Positions 1-9,637 of a stretch of DNA of 32,000 nt are shown here, one piece after another; the stretch's first letter is position 1, and each line of letters begins with the position of its first letter. The position numbers were made by a program, and so were the translations under genes. The stretch covers positions 3,956,497 to 3,988,496 of the forward strand of contig NC_003902.1 in the NCBI RefSeq assembly GCF_000007145.1, written 5' to 3'. The notes under the pieces were generated by a model. That model was not told the origin of the DNA and ran no database searches. It saw nothing but the letters and a program-made list of their open reading frames with translations. The DNA comes from Xanthomonas campestris pv. campestris str. ATCC 33913 (GTDB lineage Bacteria > Pseudomonadota > Gammaproteobacteria > Xanthomonadales > Xanthomonadaceae).

Positions 1-27
1 CACGATGGGATTGATGGGAAGGCTTCA

Positions 28-50
28 TCGCGCACAAGTGCGCTCCTACG
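28..50. repeat. REP-type palindromic element (TCGCGCACAAGTGCGCTCCTACG), the reverse orientation of the GTAGGAGCGC..GCGCGA family
   Basis: It has a GCGCAC-AA-GTGCGC hairpin core plus a CTCCTAC tail. A second copy lies in the opposite orientation at 23256-23286, and a degenerate relative lies at 13536-13568. Confidence 0.6.
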
Positions 51-92
51 TAGACATGGCTTCGTCATTATTTGCGCAGCCGAGCGGCACAG

Positions 93-124
93 GTGCATCT
101 CTGCACGCGGCGCACTGCATTTTT
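93..124 (+). terminator. Possible intrinsic terminator for a plus-strand gene lying upstream of the window
   Basis: A GTGCA-TCTC-TGCAC hairpin (93-106) sits in GC-rich sequence that ends in a TTTTT run (120-124). The geometry is not canonical. Confidence 0.25.
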
Positions 125-163
125 GCCTCGAAATAGCTTGAGCAGAAGCTACACAAGCAGCCC

Positions 164-198
164 TTCGCTCTTCGTTCCTCGCTCTTCGCTCTTCGCTC
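164..198. repeat. Heptamer microsatellite (TTCGCTC)n, about 5 imperfect units
   Basis: The sequence reads ttcgctc ttcgttcc tcgctc ttcgctc ttcgctc directly. It is intergenic. Confidence 0.85.
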
Positions 199-247
199 GG
201 ACAGCGCGATAACGACAGAGCGGCGGTGGGTCTGGCGGCGGGACCAT

Positions 248-269
248 GTGGCGGCATGGATGCCGCCAC
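248..269. repeat. Perfect 22-bp palindrome GTGGCGGCAT-GG-ATGCCGCCAC
   Basis: The 10-bp arms are exactly complementary around a GG centre. It is intergenic and has no flanking T-run on either strand. Confidence 0.8.
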
Positions 270-377
270 TGAGCCTCCATGGACGGATTCACGGCGTGTC
301 CCGGGGCCGGACCCACCGCCGCGCACACGGCCAACGTGCAGTGCAAGTGCACCATACGTACACAACTACACACGCAA

Positions 378-418
378 GCACTTGCACTTGCACTTGCACT
401 TGCACTTGCACTTGCACT
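378..418. repeat. Hexamer microsatellite (GCACTT)n, 6 full units plus a partial unit
   Basis: The tandem gcacttgcactt... run is read directly. It produces the artefactual SASASA and HLHLHL ORF translations. Confidence 0.95.
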
Positions 419-439
419 CGTATCGTGAGACGCAGACAA

Positions 440-476
440 GAAAGCGGCCACCGCCCCAACGAACGATGGCCGCCTC
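440..476 (-). terminator. Candidate terminator downstream of leuB
   Basis: GCGGCCA (444-450) pairs with TGGCCGC (467-473). On the minus strand this is followed by CTTTCTT. The loop is long (16 nt), so confidence is moderate at best. Confidence 0.4.
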
Positions 477-558
477 TCTAATCAAAAGCCCTCAGCAAAG
501 CCAACAAGGGCGGCTCGCCGTGGACACTGAAGACCAAGCCGAATTGGCCCGCAAGCCG

Positions 559-1632
559 TTACAGCGCAGCCACCACTGCATCACCCATCGCAGCCGTGCC
601 CACCTTGGTGGTGCCTTCCGACCAGATGTCGGCCGTGCGCAGTCCCTGATCGAGCACCTTACCAACAGCTGCCTCAATCGCATCCGCCGCTGCCGCCTGT
701 GCAAAGGTGTAACGCAACATCATGGCGACCGACAGAATCGTGGCCAACGGGTTGGCAATGCCCTGCCCGGCAATGTCCGGTGCTGACCCGTGGCAGGGCT
801 CATACATGCCCTTGCTGTTGGCATCGAGCGAAGCCGAGGGCAGCATGCCGATGGACCCGGTAAGCATCGAGGCCTGGTCGGAGAGGATGTCGCCGAACAT
901 GTTGTCGGTGACGATCACATCGAACTGCTTGGGCGCGCGCACCAGCTGCATCGCCGCGTTGTCCACGTACATATGCGACAACGCGATATCTGGATAGTCC
1001 TTGGCCACTTCTTCGACGACGGCGCGCCACAGCTGGCTGGACGCCAGCACATTGGCCTTGTCGACCGAGCACAACTTCTTGCCGCGCAGGCGGGCCATCT
1101 CGAAACCGGCCTTGGCGATGCGGCGGATTTCGCTTTCGCTGTAAGGCAACGTGTCGTAGGCCTGGCGCTCGCCATTGTCCAGCGTGCGCGTGCCGCGTGG
1201 CTGGCCGAAGTAAATGCCGCCGGTAAGCTCGCGCAGGATCAGCAGATCCAATCCGGACACCACCTCGGGCTTGAGCGTGGAGGCATCGGCCAGCTGCGGA
1301 TACAGCAACGCGGGGCGCAGGTTGGCAAACAGGCCGAGTTGCGAACGGATCTTCAGCAAGCCGCGTTCCGGACGCAGTGCCGGATCGATGGTGTCCCACT
1401 GCGGGCCACCGACCGCGCCCAACAGCACGGCATCGGCAGCGCGCGCACGCTCCAGCGTTTCGTCGGCCAGCGGGCTGCCGTATTTGTCGTATGCGGCGCC
1501 GCCCAGTTCGTCGTACACCAGGGTGACGCCAAGAGTGTGCTGGGTATCGATACGCGTCAGCACCTTGACCGCTTCGGCCATGATTTCCGGGCCGATGCCG
1601 TCGCCGGGAAGAATCAGAATCTGCTTGCTCAT
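559..1632 (-). CDS. leuB: 3-isopropylmalate dehydrogenase
   Basis: This is ORF 559..1749(-). The recognisable LeuB sequence starts at [18 protein letters not shown] (ATG at 1632). Isocitrate/isopropylmalate dehydrogenase motifs run throughout, GC3 is high, and it sits with leuCD. Confidence 0.95.
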
Positions 1633-1669
1633 GCAATCCTCGTGAGTTGGCGCCGCAGCGCCATGAAAA

Positions 1670-2455
1670 TCAACGTGTCGCCCACAGCACCAGCACATCG
1701 GTGCTGAAAGAACCATCGGCGCCAATCTGGAAGTAATCGCGCACGTCATCCACCGCCGTGTCCTGCAGCGCGCGAATGGCTGCGCGCAGCACCTCCGGCG
1801 TACGCATGCGATCGACCCAGGTCAGGTAATCCAGCTGCAGGCGTTGGCAATGATGACGCTGTACGTGCAGGCCAGCATCGCCCACCACCTGCAGCCACTG
1901 CGCCACGCTGTAGTCGCGCACATGGCTGGTGTCGCGCAGTAACTCGATCGCCTGCAGATGCGTATCGAGCAGCGGCAGCCCTGGTGCCACCACGTCGATC
2001 AGTGCGGCGATTCCGCCGGGGCGCAGCACCCGCCGCACCTCACGCAGTGCCTGGCCCAGGTCACTCCAGTGGTGCGCCGAATACCGGCTGACCACCACGT
2101 CCATACTGCCGGACTCGAACGGCAGCCGCTCGGCGACGCCCTGCAAGGTACGCATTTGGGTCAGGCCGCGGTCGGCGGCGGTGGCCGCCACGACTTCAAG
2201 CATATCGGCGGATAGATCGTAGGCGACCACCTCATCCATCAACGGCGCCAGCTGAAAACTCACATGCCCGGCGCCACAGCCCAGGTCGAGCAAACGCCCG
2301 TTGCGATGACCTGCCAGGCCCGCGCGAAGTTCAGCGAATTCGGCGCCCTGTGCATGCACCTCGCTCTGCAGATACGCCTGCGCCTGCGGCCCGAACTGCG
2401 CCGCAACGTGCGTGCTCAACGCGTCAATCCCGCTGGATGGCGACGTAGAACTCAC
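1670..2455 (-). CDS. Class I SAM-dependent methyltransferase (Methyltransf_11-like) embedded in the leu operon
   Basis: This is the C-terminal 261 aa of ORF 1670..2965(-). It carries the SAM motif LDLGCGAGH and the motif RVLRPGG. No ATG lies upstream of the SAM motif. The GTG at 2455 overlaps the leuD stop as GTGA. A TTG at 2419 is an alternative start. Confidence 0.8.
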
Positions 2456-3099
2456 TGCAGCGCGCCGAACAACCACGGCTGTTGCGCGCGATGCCCTTGC
2501 TCGAAGCGGCCAATCGCGTCGGCGTCCTGCAAGGTCAGGCCGATATCGTCGAGCCCATTGAGCAGGCAGTGCTTGCGGAATGCATCGATCTCGAACGCGT
2601 ACTCCACACCATCGGGCCGGCGCACGCGCTGCGCGGCCAGATCGACGGTGAGTTGGTAGCCTTCGTTCCCCAGGCACTGCTCGAACAAGGCATCCATTTC
2701 CGCCTCTGCCAGCACGATCGGCAGCAGGCCGTTCTTGAAACTGTTGTTGTAGAAGATGTCTGCAAAACTCGGCGCAATCACTGCGCGGAAGCCGTATTCG
2801 TCCAGTGCCCACGGCGCATGTTCGCGCGAAGAGCCGCAGCCGAAGTTCTCGCGTGCCAGCAGCACGCTGGCGCCCTGGTAACGCGGAAAATTGAGCACGA
2901 ACTCCTGGTTGAGCGGGCGCGTGCTGTTGTCGCGGCCCGGCTCGCCGATGTCCAAATAGCGCCACTCATCGAACAGATTTGGGCCGAAACCGGTGCGCTT
3001 GATCGACTTGAGGAATTGCTTGGGAATGATCTGGTCGGTATCGACGTTGGCACGATCCAGCGGCGCGACCAGTCCGGTGTGTTGGGTAAAAGGGGTCAT
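2452..3099 (-). CDS. leuD: 3-isopropylmalate dehydratase small subunit
   Basis: This is ORF 2452..3207(-). The LeuD-like N-terminus [30 protein letters not shown] starts at the ATG at 3099. Confidence 0.95.
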   Translation of the reverse strand: MTPFTQHTGLVAPLDRANVDTDQIIPKQFLKSIKRTGFGPNLFDEWRYLDIGEPGRDNSTRPLNQEFVLNFPRYQGASVLLARENFGCGSSREHAPWALDEYGFRAVIAPSFADIFYNNSFKNGLLPIVLAEAEMDALFEQCLGNEGYQLTVDLAAQRVRRPDGVEYAFEIDAFRKHCLLNGLDDIGLTLQDADAIGRFEQGHRAQQPWLFGALQ

Positions 3100-3163
3100 C
3101 GGAATACCGGGAATTGGGAGTAGAGAATGGTGTGGCAGGGTGGAGGCGGGAGGTGGCGATTCC

Positions 3164-4603
<1,440 letters not shown>

Positions 4604-4685
4604 CGCTTGAGATTCCGATGCGGTGGCGGACGGCGGATGCACCGCCTGGCTGAGTCCGATGCTAGGAGCTTGCGTCCGATAACGC

Positions 4686-4718
4686 AAATTCATATTGTTT
4701 ATTCAACAAATGAAATTT
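4686..4718. promoter_or_regulatory. AT-rich dyad AAATT-cata-TTGTT-tattc-AACAA-atga-AATTT, a candidate LysR-type (T-N11-A) operator in the leuC/LTTR divergent region
   Basis: The dyad is centred at 4702, and 10 of 14 arm positions are complementary. It is the only AT-rich tract in the 124-bp divergent spacer. Confidence 0.5.
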
Positions 4719-4727
4719 AGGAATGGC

Positions 4728-5630
4728 ATGGACCTCGCCAATCTGAGCGCATTCGTGGCGATTGCCGGCCACGGCAGCTTCTCGTCAGCGGCCGAAGCGT
4801 TGCATCTGACCCAACCTGCGGTGAGCAAGCGCATCGCCCTACTGGAAGCGCAATTGTCGGCACGGCTGTTCGACCGCCTGGGCCGCCAGGTGGTGTTGAC
4901 CGAGGCCGGGCTGGCGCTGCTGCCGCGCGCGCAGCGCATCCTGGCCGAACTGGACGACACGCGCCGCGTGCTGGAGCACCTGGGCGCGGCGGTCGGCGGG
5001 CGGCTGAGCCTGGCCACCAGTCACCACGTGGGGCTGCACCGGTTGCCGGCATTGTTGCGACGCTTCGCCGCAGAGCATCCGCAGGCGGCCCTGGACATCC
5101 AGTTCCTGGATTCGGAACTGGCTTACGCGGCGGTGTTGCGCGGCGAGGTGGAACTGGCGGTGACCACACTGGCACCGGACACCCGCGCCCCGTTGCGCGC
5201 GCAGCCGATCTGGCAAGACCGCCTGCAGTTCGTGGTGGCGCCGGATCACCCGTTGGCCGCGTTGGAGACGGTCACGCTCGATGACGTGGTCGCCCACCCA
5301 GCGGTGCTGCCGGATCCGGGCACCTTCACCCATCGCATCGTGGCCGGGTTGTTCGCCGAACGCGGCCTGGCGCCGAGCCTGCGCATGACCACCAATTATC
5401 TGGAGACGATCAAGATGCTGGTGTTGGTTGGCCTGGCCTGGAGCGTGCTGCCCGAGCGCATGATCGATCACCAGATCATGGCGCTGCCGTTGGCCGATGT
5501 GGCGCTATCGCGTGCGTTGGGATGCGTCACCCACGGCGGGCGCACCTTGTCGCGCGCGGCGCAGGCGTTCGTGGCGCTGTTGCATACGCAGGCGGATCAG
5601 GCGGCAGGGCTGCGGGGGCTGCCCCGCTGA
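4728..5630 (+). CDS. LysR-family transcriptional regulator, divergent from leuC
   Basis: This is ORF 4695..5630(+). The N-terminus MDLANLSAFVAIAGHGSFSSAAEALHLTQPAVSKRIALLE is a canonical LTTR helix-turn-helix. An AGGA lies 5 nt upstream of the ATG at 4728. Confidence 0.9.
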   Translation: MDLANLSAFVAIAGHGSFSSAAEALHLTQPAVSKRIALLEAQLSARLFDRLGRQVVLTEAGLALLPRAQRILAELDDTRRVLEHLGAAVGGRLSLATSHHVGLHRLPALLRRFAAEHPQAALDIQFLDSELAYAAVLRGEVELAVTTLAPDTRAPLRAQPIWQDRLQFVVAPDHPLAALETVTLDDVVAHPAVLPDPGTFTHRIVAGLFAERGLAPSLRMTTNYLETIKMLVLVGLAWSVLPERMIDHQIMALPLADVALSRALGCVTHGGRTLSRAAQAFVALLHTQADQAAGLRGLPR

Positions 5631-5649
5631 CGCTGCGCAAGACCTCACG

Positions 5650-8600
5650 CTACTGATCGATCAACCGATCGCGTCCCTGCCGTTTGGCGTGATACAGCCT
5701 GCGGTCGGCCAGCGCCAGCAACTCGCGCCGGCTGTGCGCCTCGTTGCTCATCGCCATGCCCATGCTGGCAGTGCACTGCACGGTGGCCTCGTCTGCGGCA
5801 ATCGCGATGGTGCCCAGGCGTTGGCGCTGTTGTTCGAACAAGGCACGCGCGTGCGCAGCCTCCAGGCCGGTCACGGCCAGCAGGAATTCTTCGCCGCCGT
5901 GGCGCGCGGCAAAGCAGTGCGCGTGTTCCTGGTCGGCCAATACCTCACCCACTGCACGCAACACCGCATCGCCGACTTCGTGGCCGTGCGCATCGTTGAT
6001 GCGCTTGAAGTGGTCGATGTCGGCCAGCGCCAATGCCAGCGGCGCGCCGCCCGCCTGCGCCTCGTCCAACCATTGCTGCAGCACGCGCTCGGCTTCGCGG
6101 CGGTTTGGCAAAGCGGTGAGCACATCGTGGCTGGCGCGGTATTCGAGCTGGCGCATCAGGGCTTCACGCTCCTGGCTGGCCTGCTGCAAGGCCAGGTTCT
6201 TGTCGCTCAATTCACGGGTGCGCTTGTCGATCACCACGTTGAGCTCGCGCTGGCGGCGTCGATAACTGGCGGTGCGCCACAGATAGAACCCGTAGATCAC
6301 ACTGGCCAGGCACAACACGCCCAGGCCGATGACTTCGCCACGCCGCCACCACGGCGGCGCCAGTTCCAGCACCACGCTGGTTTCACCGAGCAACGCCGCC
6401 TGGCGCCAATCCACCGGCAGCGACATCGCCTGCACGCGGAAACGGAACCGCCCCGGCGGCAGATTGGTATAGACCGCTTCGGTCGCGCTGTCGGCGTCCA
6501 CCCAATCCGGGTCGAAGCCGTCGAGCCGGTAGCGGTAACGCACCTTGTCCGGCCCGCGGAAATTGAGCCCGGCATAGCCAATGGCGATGCGTCGGGTATC
6601 TGCACTCAGACGATGCGGGCCGTCCAGCGGCTGCACCATGCCGTCCACCACCAGGCGCTCGATCACAATCGGCACGCGGTGGCCTTGCAGGGTGCCGACC
6701 CGGGCGGGGTCGATCACGCCCAGGCCGGCCGCGGTGGGAAACAGCAACTGGCCGGTTTGCGTCAGCCAGCCGGCCGGCGCGCTGCTGCCGTTGCCCTGGT
6801 TGCCGGGCATGCCGTCGCTGCGGTCCACCACTTCCACACTGAGCTGCTCGCGGGTGCCGGCGTCGATCTGGTCGAAGTCGCGCCGCGCAATCCGGAACAC
6901 GCCGTGATTGCTCGACAGCCACAGGTAGCCGCGGCCGTCATCGATGACGCGGAACACCTTGTCGCGCGGCAGGCCCACACGATGGTCATACACCTGGAAG
7001 CGCTCGCCGCGCAGCCGCAGCAGCCCGCGGTCGCTGGCAATCCACAGATCGCCACTGGGATCGCGCAGGAAATCGAAGGCGTTCTGGCCCGGAAAATCCT
7101 GCTCGCCCAGCCAGGCGCGGGTGCCGCCATCGGGCGACAGTGCGGTCATGCCACGGTCGGTTCCGCTCCAGATGGTGCCCTGGGCATCGCGATAGAGCAC
7201 CTGCACCGAGCCATCCGGCACCCCGTCGGCGGCGGTGTAACGACGCGCGCGGCCGTCGTGCCAGCGCACCAACCCGGCAGTGGTGCCGATCCACAACGCA
7301 TCGCCGTCCGGCAACACCGCACGCACCGATAACGAGGACAGGCCCTCGGCCGCACCGATGCGCTGGACCACCGCCCCCTGCGCATCCAGACGCAGCACAC
7401 CCTGGCTATAGGTGCCGGCCCAGACCCCGCCATCGCCCGCATCGGCCAGCGCCAGCACCGATTGCTCCAGCACCCGCCCGGCACTGCCCCGCGAGAACGG
7501 CACGCGTGCGATCTGCCCGTCGCGCCAGCGGTCCAGGCCCACCGCGCTGCCCACCCACACGGTGCCATCGGCGGTCTGCAACACGCTTCGCACGTAGTCC
7601 GAGGCCAGGCCGTCGTCAATGGTGACGCCATGCGCAGCGCCTTCGGCGACCCGGAACAGCCCATGCGTGCTGCCCACCCAGATCAGGCCCTCGGCATCCT
7701 CCAGCAATGCCGGGCTGGCCACGCCGGAAATGGCGATCTGTTCGTCTGGATCATCCGGCCCGCTGTGCACCACCAAGGTGCCGGCGGAAAGGCTCATCCA
7801 CAGGTGACCGCTGCGGTCCATCACCAGCGAGTCGACCCGCTGGCCCTGGCGGAAGCGCTGCAGGCCCCCGCCCCGGCTCCACCACCACACCCCGTCGTCG
7901 CCAGCCACCAATAAGCCGCCCTGGCGATCGCTGGCCAGCCGACGCACGGGGGTGTCGGCCATGCCATGCGCCTGCCCCCAGGCAGTTGCGGCGCTGGCGC
8001 CTAGCGGCAGCTGATACAGGCCGACGTCGGTCCCGATCCACAGGTCGCCACGCGCGTCCGTCGACAAGGCGGTGATGCGTGCGCGTGGCAGGCCGGCCTG
8101 ACGCCCGACATCCACCACCCGCCCATCCAGCTCGATCCGGTACAGCGTCTGCGGCGTGCCCACCCACAACGCACCATCGGCGCGCCGTAGCAGCGCGCTG
8201 ACAGCCAGATGCCTAGCGGAGGCATCGCCCAGCTGTTGCCAGCGGCCGTCCTGATGACGGTACACACCGTCGAAGGCGGTGCCGAACAGCATGCCGTCGC
8301 CATCGCGTACCACCACGAACACTCCGCCCAGCTCTACGCCAGGGGTGTTCTGACGGTCGAACACGGTGAAATCGCGCCCATTGAAGCGCGCCACGCCTTC
8401 CCAGGTGCCGAGCCAGATCACCCCATCGCTGCCCTGGGCGACCGCATGCACCAGGTTGTGCGGCAGGCCGTCATCCATGTCCCAGCGGGTGACCGTGTGA
8501 TAGGCGGTGTGCTTGAGCGGATGCGCGCCAAGCGGCCAGCCAGCCAGCAGCGCCCAGCACAGTAGCGGCCACAGCCACAGCGATGCACTCCGCAGCGCCT

Positions 8601-8769
8601 GCGCACTGCGGAGCTCGCCTGTGTGCGCATGCGCCCCGACCCCGTCCACGCGTCCTGCTTCGCCCCTTCGGCTGCCCGTCAACAGGGTGTTGCAGGCCGT
8701 TCGGCAATTTATCACCGGGGGTAGCAGCGACGCGCTAGGTGGATTCCCCACAGCGCCGGGGCAGACCAC
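5650..8769 (-). CDS. Membrane sensor diguanylate cyclase: periplasmic two-component-regulator propeller repeats, a Y_Y_Y domain, a TM helix, a coiled coil and a GGDEF domain (GGEEF)
   Basis: The ORF is 1039 aa. It has an N-terminal hydrophobic segment (LWLWPLLCWALLAGWPLGA), many W-x-G-T/GL repeats and a TM helix (VIGLGVLCLASVIYGFYLW). The C-terminal part reads ALPNRREAE...DIDHFKRINDAHGH...RHGGEEFLL. The first codon at 8769 is GTG, and a GTG at 8649 is an equally plausible start. Confidence 0.85.
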   Translation of the reverse strand: MVCPGAVGNPPSASLLPPVINCRTACNTLLTGSRRGEAGRVDGVGAHAHTGELRSAQALRSASLWLWPLLCWALLAGWPLGAHPLKHTAYHTVTRWDMDDGLPHNLVHAVAQGSDGVIWLGTWEGVARFNGRDFTVFDRQNTPGVELGGVFVVVRDGDGMLFGTAFDGVYRHQDGRWQQLGDASARHLAVSALLRRADGALWVGTPQTLYRIELDGRVVDVGRQAGLPRARITALSTDARGDLWIGTDVGLYQLPLGASAATAWGQAHGMADTPVRRLASDRQGGLLVAGDDGVWWWSRGGGLQRFRQGQRVDSLVMDRSGHLWMSLSAGTLVVHSGPDDPDEQIAISGVASPALLEDAEGLIWVGSTHGLFRVAEGAAHGVTIDDGLASDYVRSVLQTADGTVWVGSAVGLDRWRDGQIARVPFSRGSAGRVLEQSVLALADAGDGGVWAGTYSQGVLRLDAQGAVVQRIGAAEGLSSLSVRAVLPDGDALWIGTTAGLVRWHDGRARRYTAADGVPDGSVQVLYRDAQGTIWSGTDRGMTALSPDGGTRAWLGEQDFPGQNAFDFLRDPSGDLWIASDRGLLRLRGERFQVYDHRVGLPRDKVFRVIDDGRGYLWLSSNHGVFRIARRDFDQIDAGTREQLSVEVVDRSDGMPGNQGNGSSAPAGWLTQTGQLLFPTAAGLGVIDPARVGTLQGHRVPIVIERLVVDGMVQPLDGPHRLSADTRRIAIGYAGLNFRGPDKVRYRYRLDGFDPDWVDADSATEAVYTNLPPGRFRFRVQAMSLPVDWRQAALLGETSVVLELAPPWWRRGEVIGLGVLCLASVIYGFYLWRTASYRRRQRELNVVIDKRTRELSDKNLALQQASQEREALMRQLEYRASHDVLTALPNRREAERVLQQWLDEAQAGGAPLALALADIDHFKRINDAHGHEVGDAVLRAVGEVLADQEHAHCFAARHGGEEFLLAVTGLEAAHARALFEQQRQRLGTIAIAADEATVQCTASMGMAMSNEAHSRRELLALADRRLYHAKRQGRDRLIDQ

Positions 8770-8824
8770 GACAGCGCAAGCGACTCACCGCAACGGTTAA
8801 TGGACCGCGCGGTGCCGCCATATA

Positions 8825-8850
8825 AATATAGAACCCGATGGTCTAGTATT
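8825..8850. promoter_or_regulatory. Weak imperfect inverted repeat (AATATAGAACC-cgat-GGTCTAGTATT) just upstream of the TetR gene, a possible operator
   Basis: Only 7 of 11 arm positions pair. It is the only AT-rich segment (tataaatatag) in the GGDEF/TetR divergent spacer. Confidence 0.25.
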
Positions 8851-8855
8851 GGCGC

Positions 8856-9509
8856 ATGTCCAGCTCGCCCCCCCTCAAGTCCAAGGCCAAGAGCAACGGC
8901 CCTGGGCGTCCCAAGGATCTTGGGAAACGCGCCGCCATCCTGGGCGCCGCCCGCTCGCTGTTCATGGAGCAAGGTTTTGCGGGCGTCAGCATGGACGGCA
9001 TCGCCGCCCTGGCGGGCGTCTCCAAGCTGACCGTCTACAGCCACTTTGGCGACAAGGAAAGCCTGTTTGGCGAGGCGATCCGCGCACAATGCCAGCACAT
9101 GATGCCCGACGACCTGTTCGACCATGCGCCCGAAGGCGCGTTGCGCGAGCAGCTCATCGAGATCGCCGACGCCTTCTTCGCCATGGTCAGCTCCGACTCG
9201 GCCATTGCCACCCACCGCATGATGATGGCGCCAGGTACCGGCGACGTGCACGTGCGGGAGATGTTCTGGGACGCTGGCCCCAAGCGGACCCAACAGGCGC
9301 TGGCGGATTTCCTCAGCGCGCGCGTGGCCGACGGGCAGCTGGAGATTCCCGACGTGGCCCGCGCCGCCGCGCAATTCTTCTGCCTGCTCAAGGGCGAGCT
9401 GTACGCGCTGATGATGTGCGGCCTGCACGGCCAGCCCGATCGCGCGCAGGTGGACGAGCACATCCACGCCAGCGTGGATTTCTTCCTGAGAGCCTATGTG
9501 CCGCGCTGA
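8856..9509 (+). CDS. TetR/AcrR-family transcriptional regulator
   Basis: The ORF is 217 aa. RAAILGAARSLFMEQGFAGVSMDGIAALAGVSKLTVYSHFGDKESLF is a canonical TetR_N helix-turn-helix. Confidence 0.9.
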   Translation: MSSSPPLKSKAKSNGPGRPKDLGKRAAILGAARSLFMEQGFAGVSMDGIAALAGVSKLTVYSHFGDKESLFGEAIRAQCQHMMPDDLFDHAPEGALREQLIEIADAFFAMVSSDSAIATHRMMMAPGTGDVHVREMFWDAGPKRTQQALADFLSARVADGQLEIPDVARAAAQFFCLLKGELYALMMCGLHGQPDRAQVDEHIHASVDFFLRAYVPR

Positions 9510-9637
9510 TCGGGCCTGCCCTTTGGTCGCGGTGACTTCCGGCACTGCGTGGTTTGGCGGCGCCCGGCGATGCTAGATGCGCCAGTTGCCCCAAGCCCCG
9601 CTAAAATGCCTGCCCCGCCGCGTTGGATAACCGCACC

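Noticed and set aside
164-196. PIP-box-like strings (TTCGC ... TTCGC) occur inside the heptamer repeat.
   Set aside because: The TTCGB half-sites are 16 nt apart, a consequence of three 7-nt units. The plant-inducible-promoter consensus requires 15 nt. No gene lies downstream.
149-786. ORFs 149..451(-), 226..786(+) and 248..481(+) give SASASASA, HLHLHLHL and TCTCTCTC stretches.
   Set aside because: The periodic peptides are just translations of the (GCACTT)n microsatellite. There is no ribosome-binding site, no coding-type GC3 and no motifs.
1670-2965. A 431-aa ORF suggests a large protein spanning leuD antisense or out of frame.
   Set aside because: Only the C-terminal 261 aa show methyltransferase motifs. 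The upstream 170 aa lie in an alternative frame of leuD and are Arg/Ala-rich noise.
4604-4693. There is an in-frame 30-codon N-terminal extension of leuC (ATG at 4693). Similar upstream extensions occur for leuB (to 1749), leuD (to 3207), waaA (to 13548), dctA (to 27428), maeB (to 25862) and the kinase (from 28886).
   Set aside because: The extensions lack homology to the conserved family N-termini, have atypical codon usage or use non-ATG first codons. For leuC the extension overlaps the AT-rich operator dyad. Internal ATGs matching the canonical N-termini were chosen instead.
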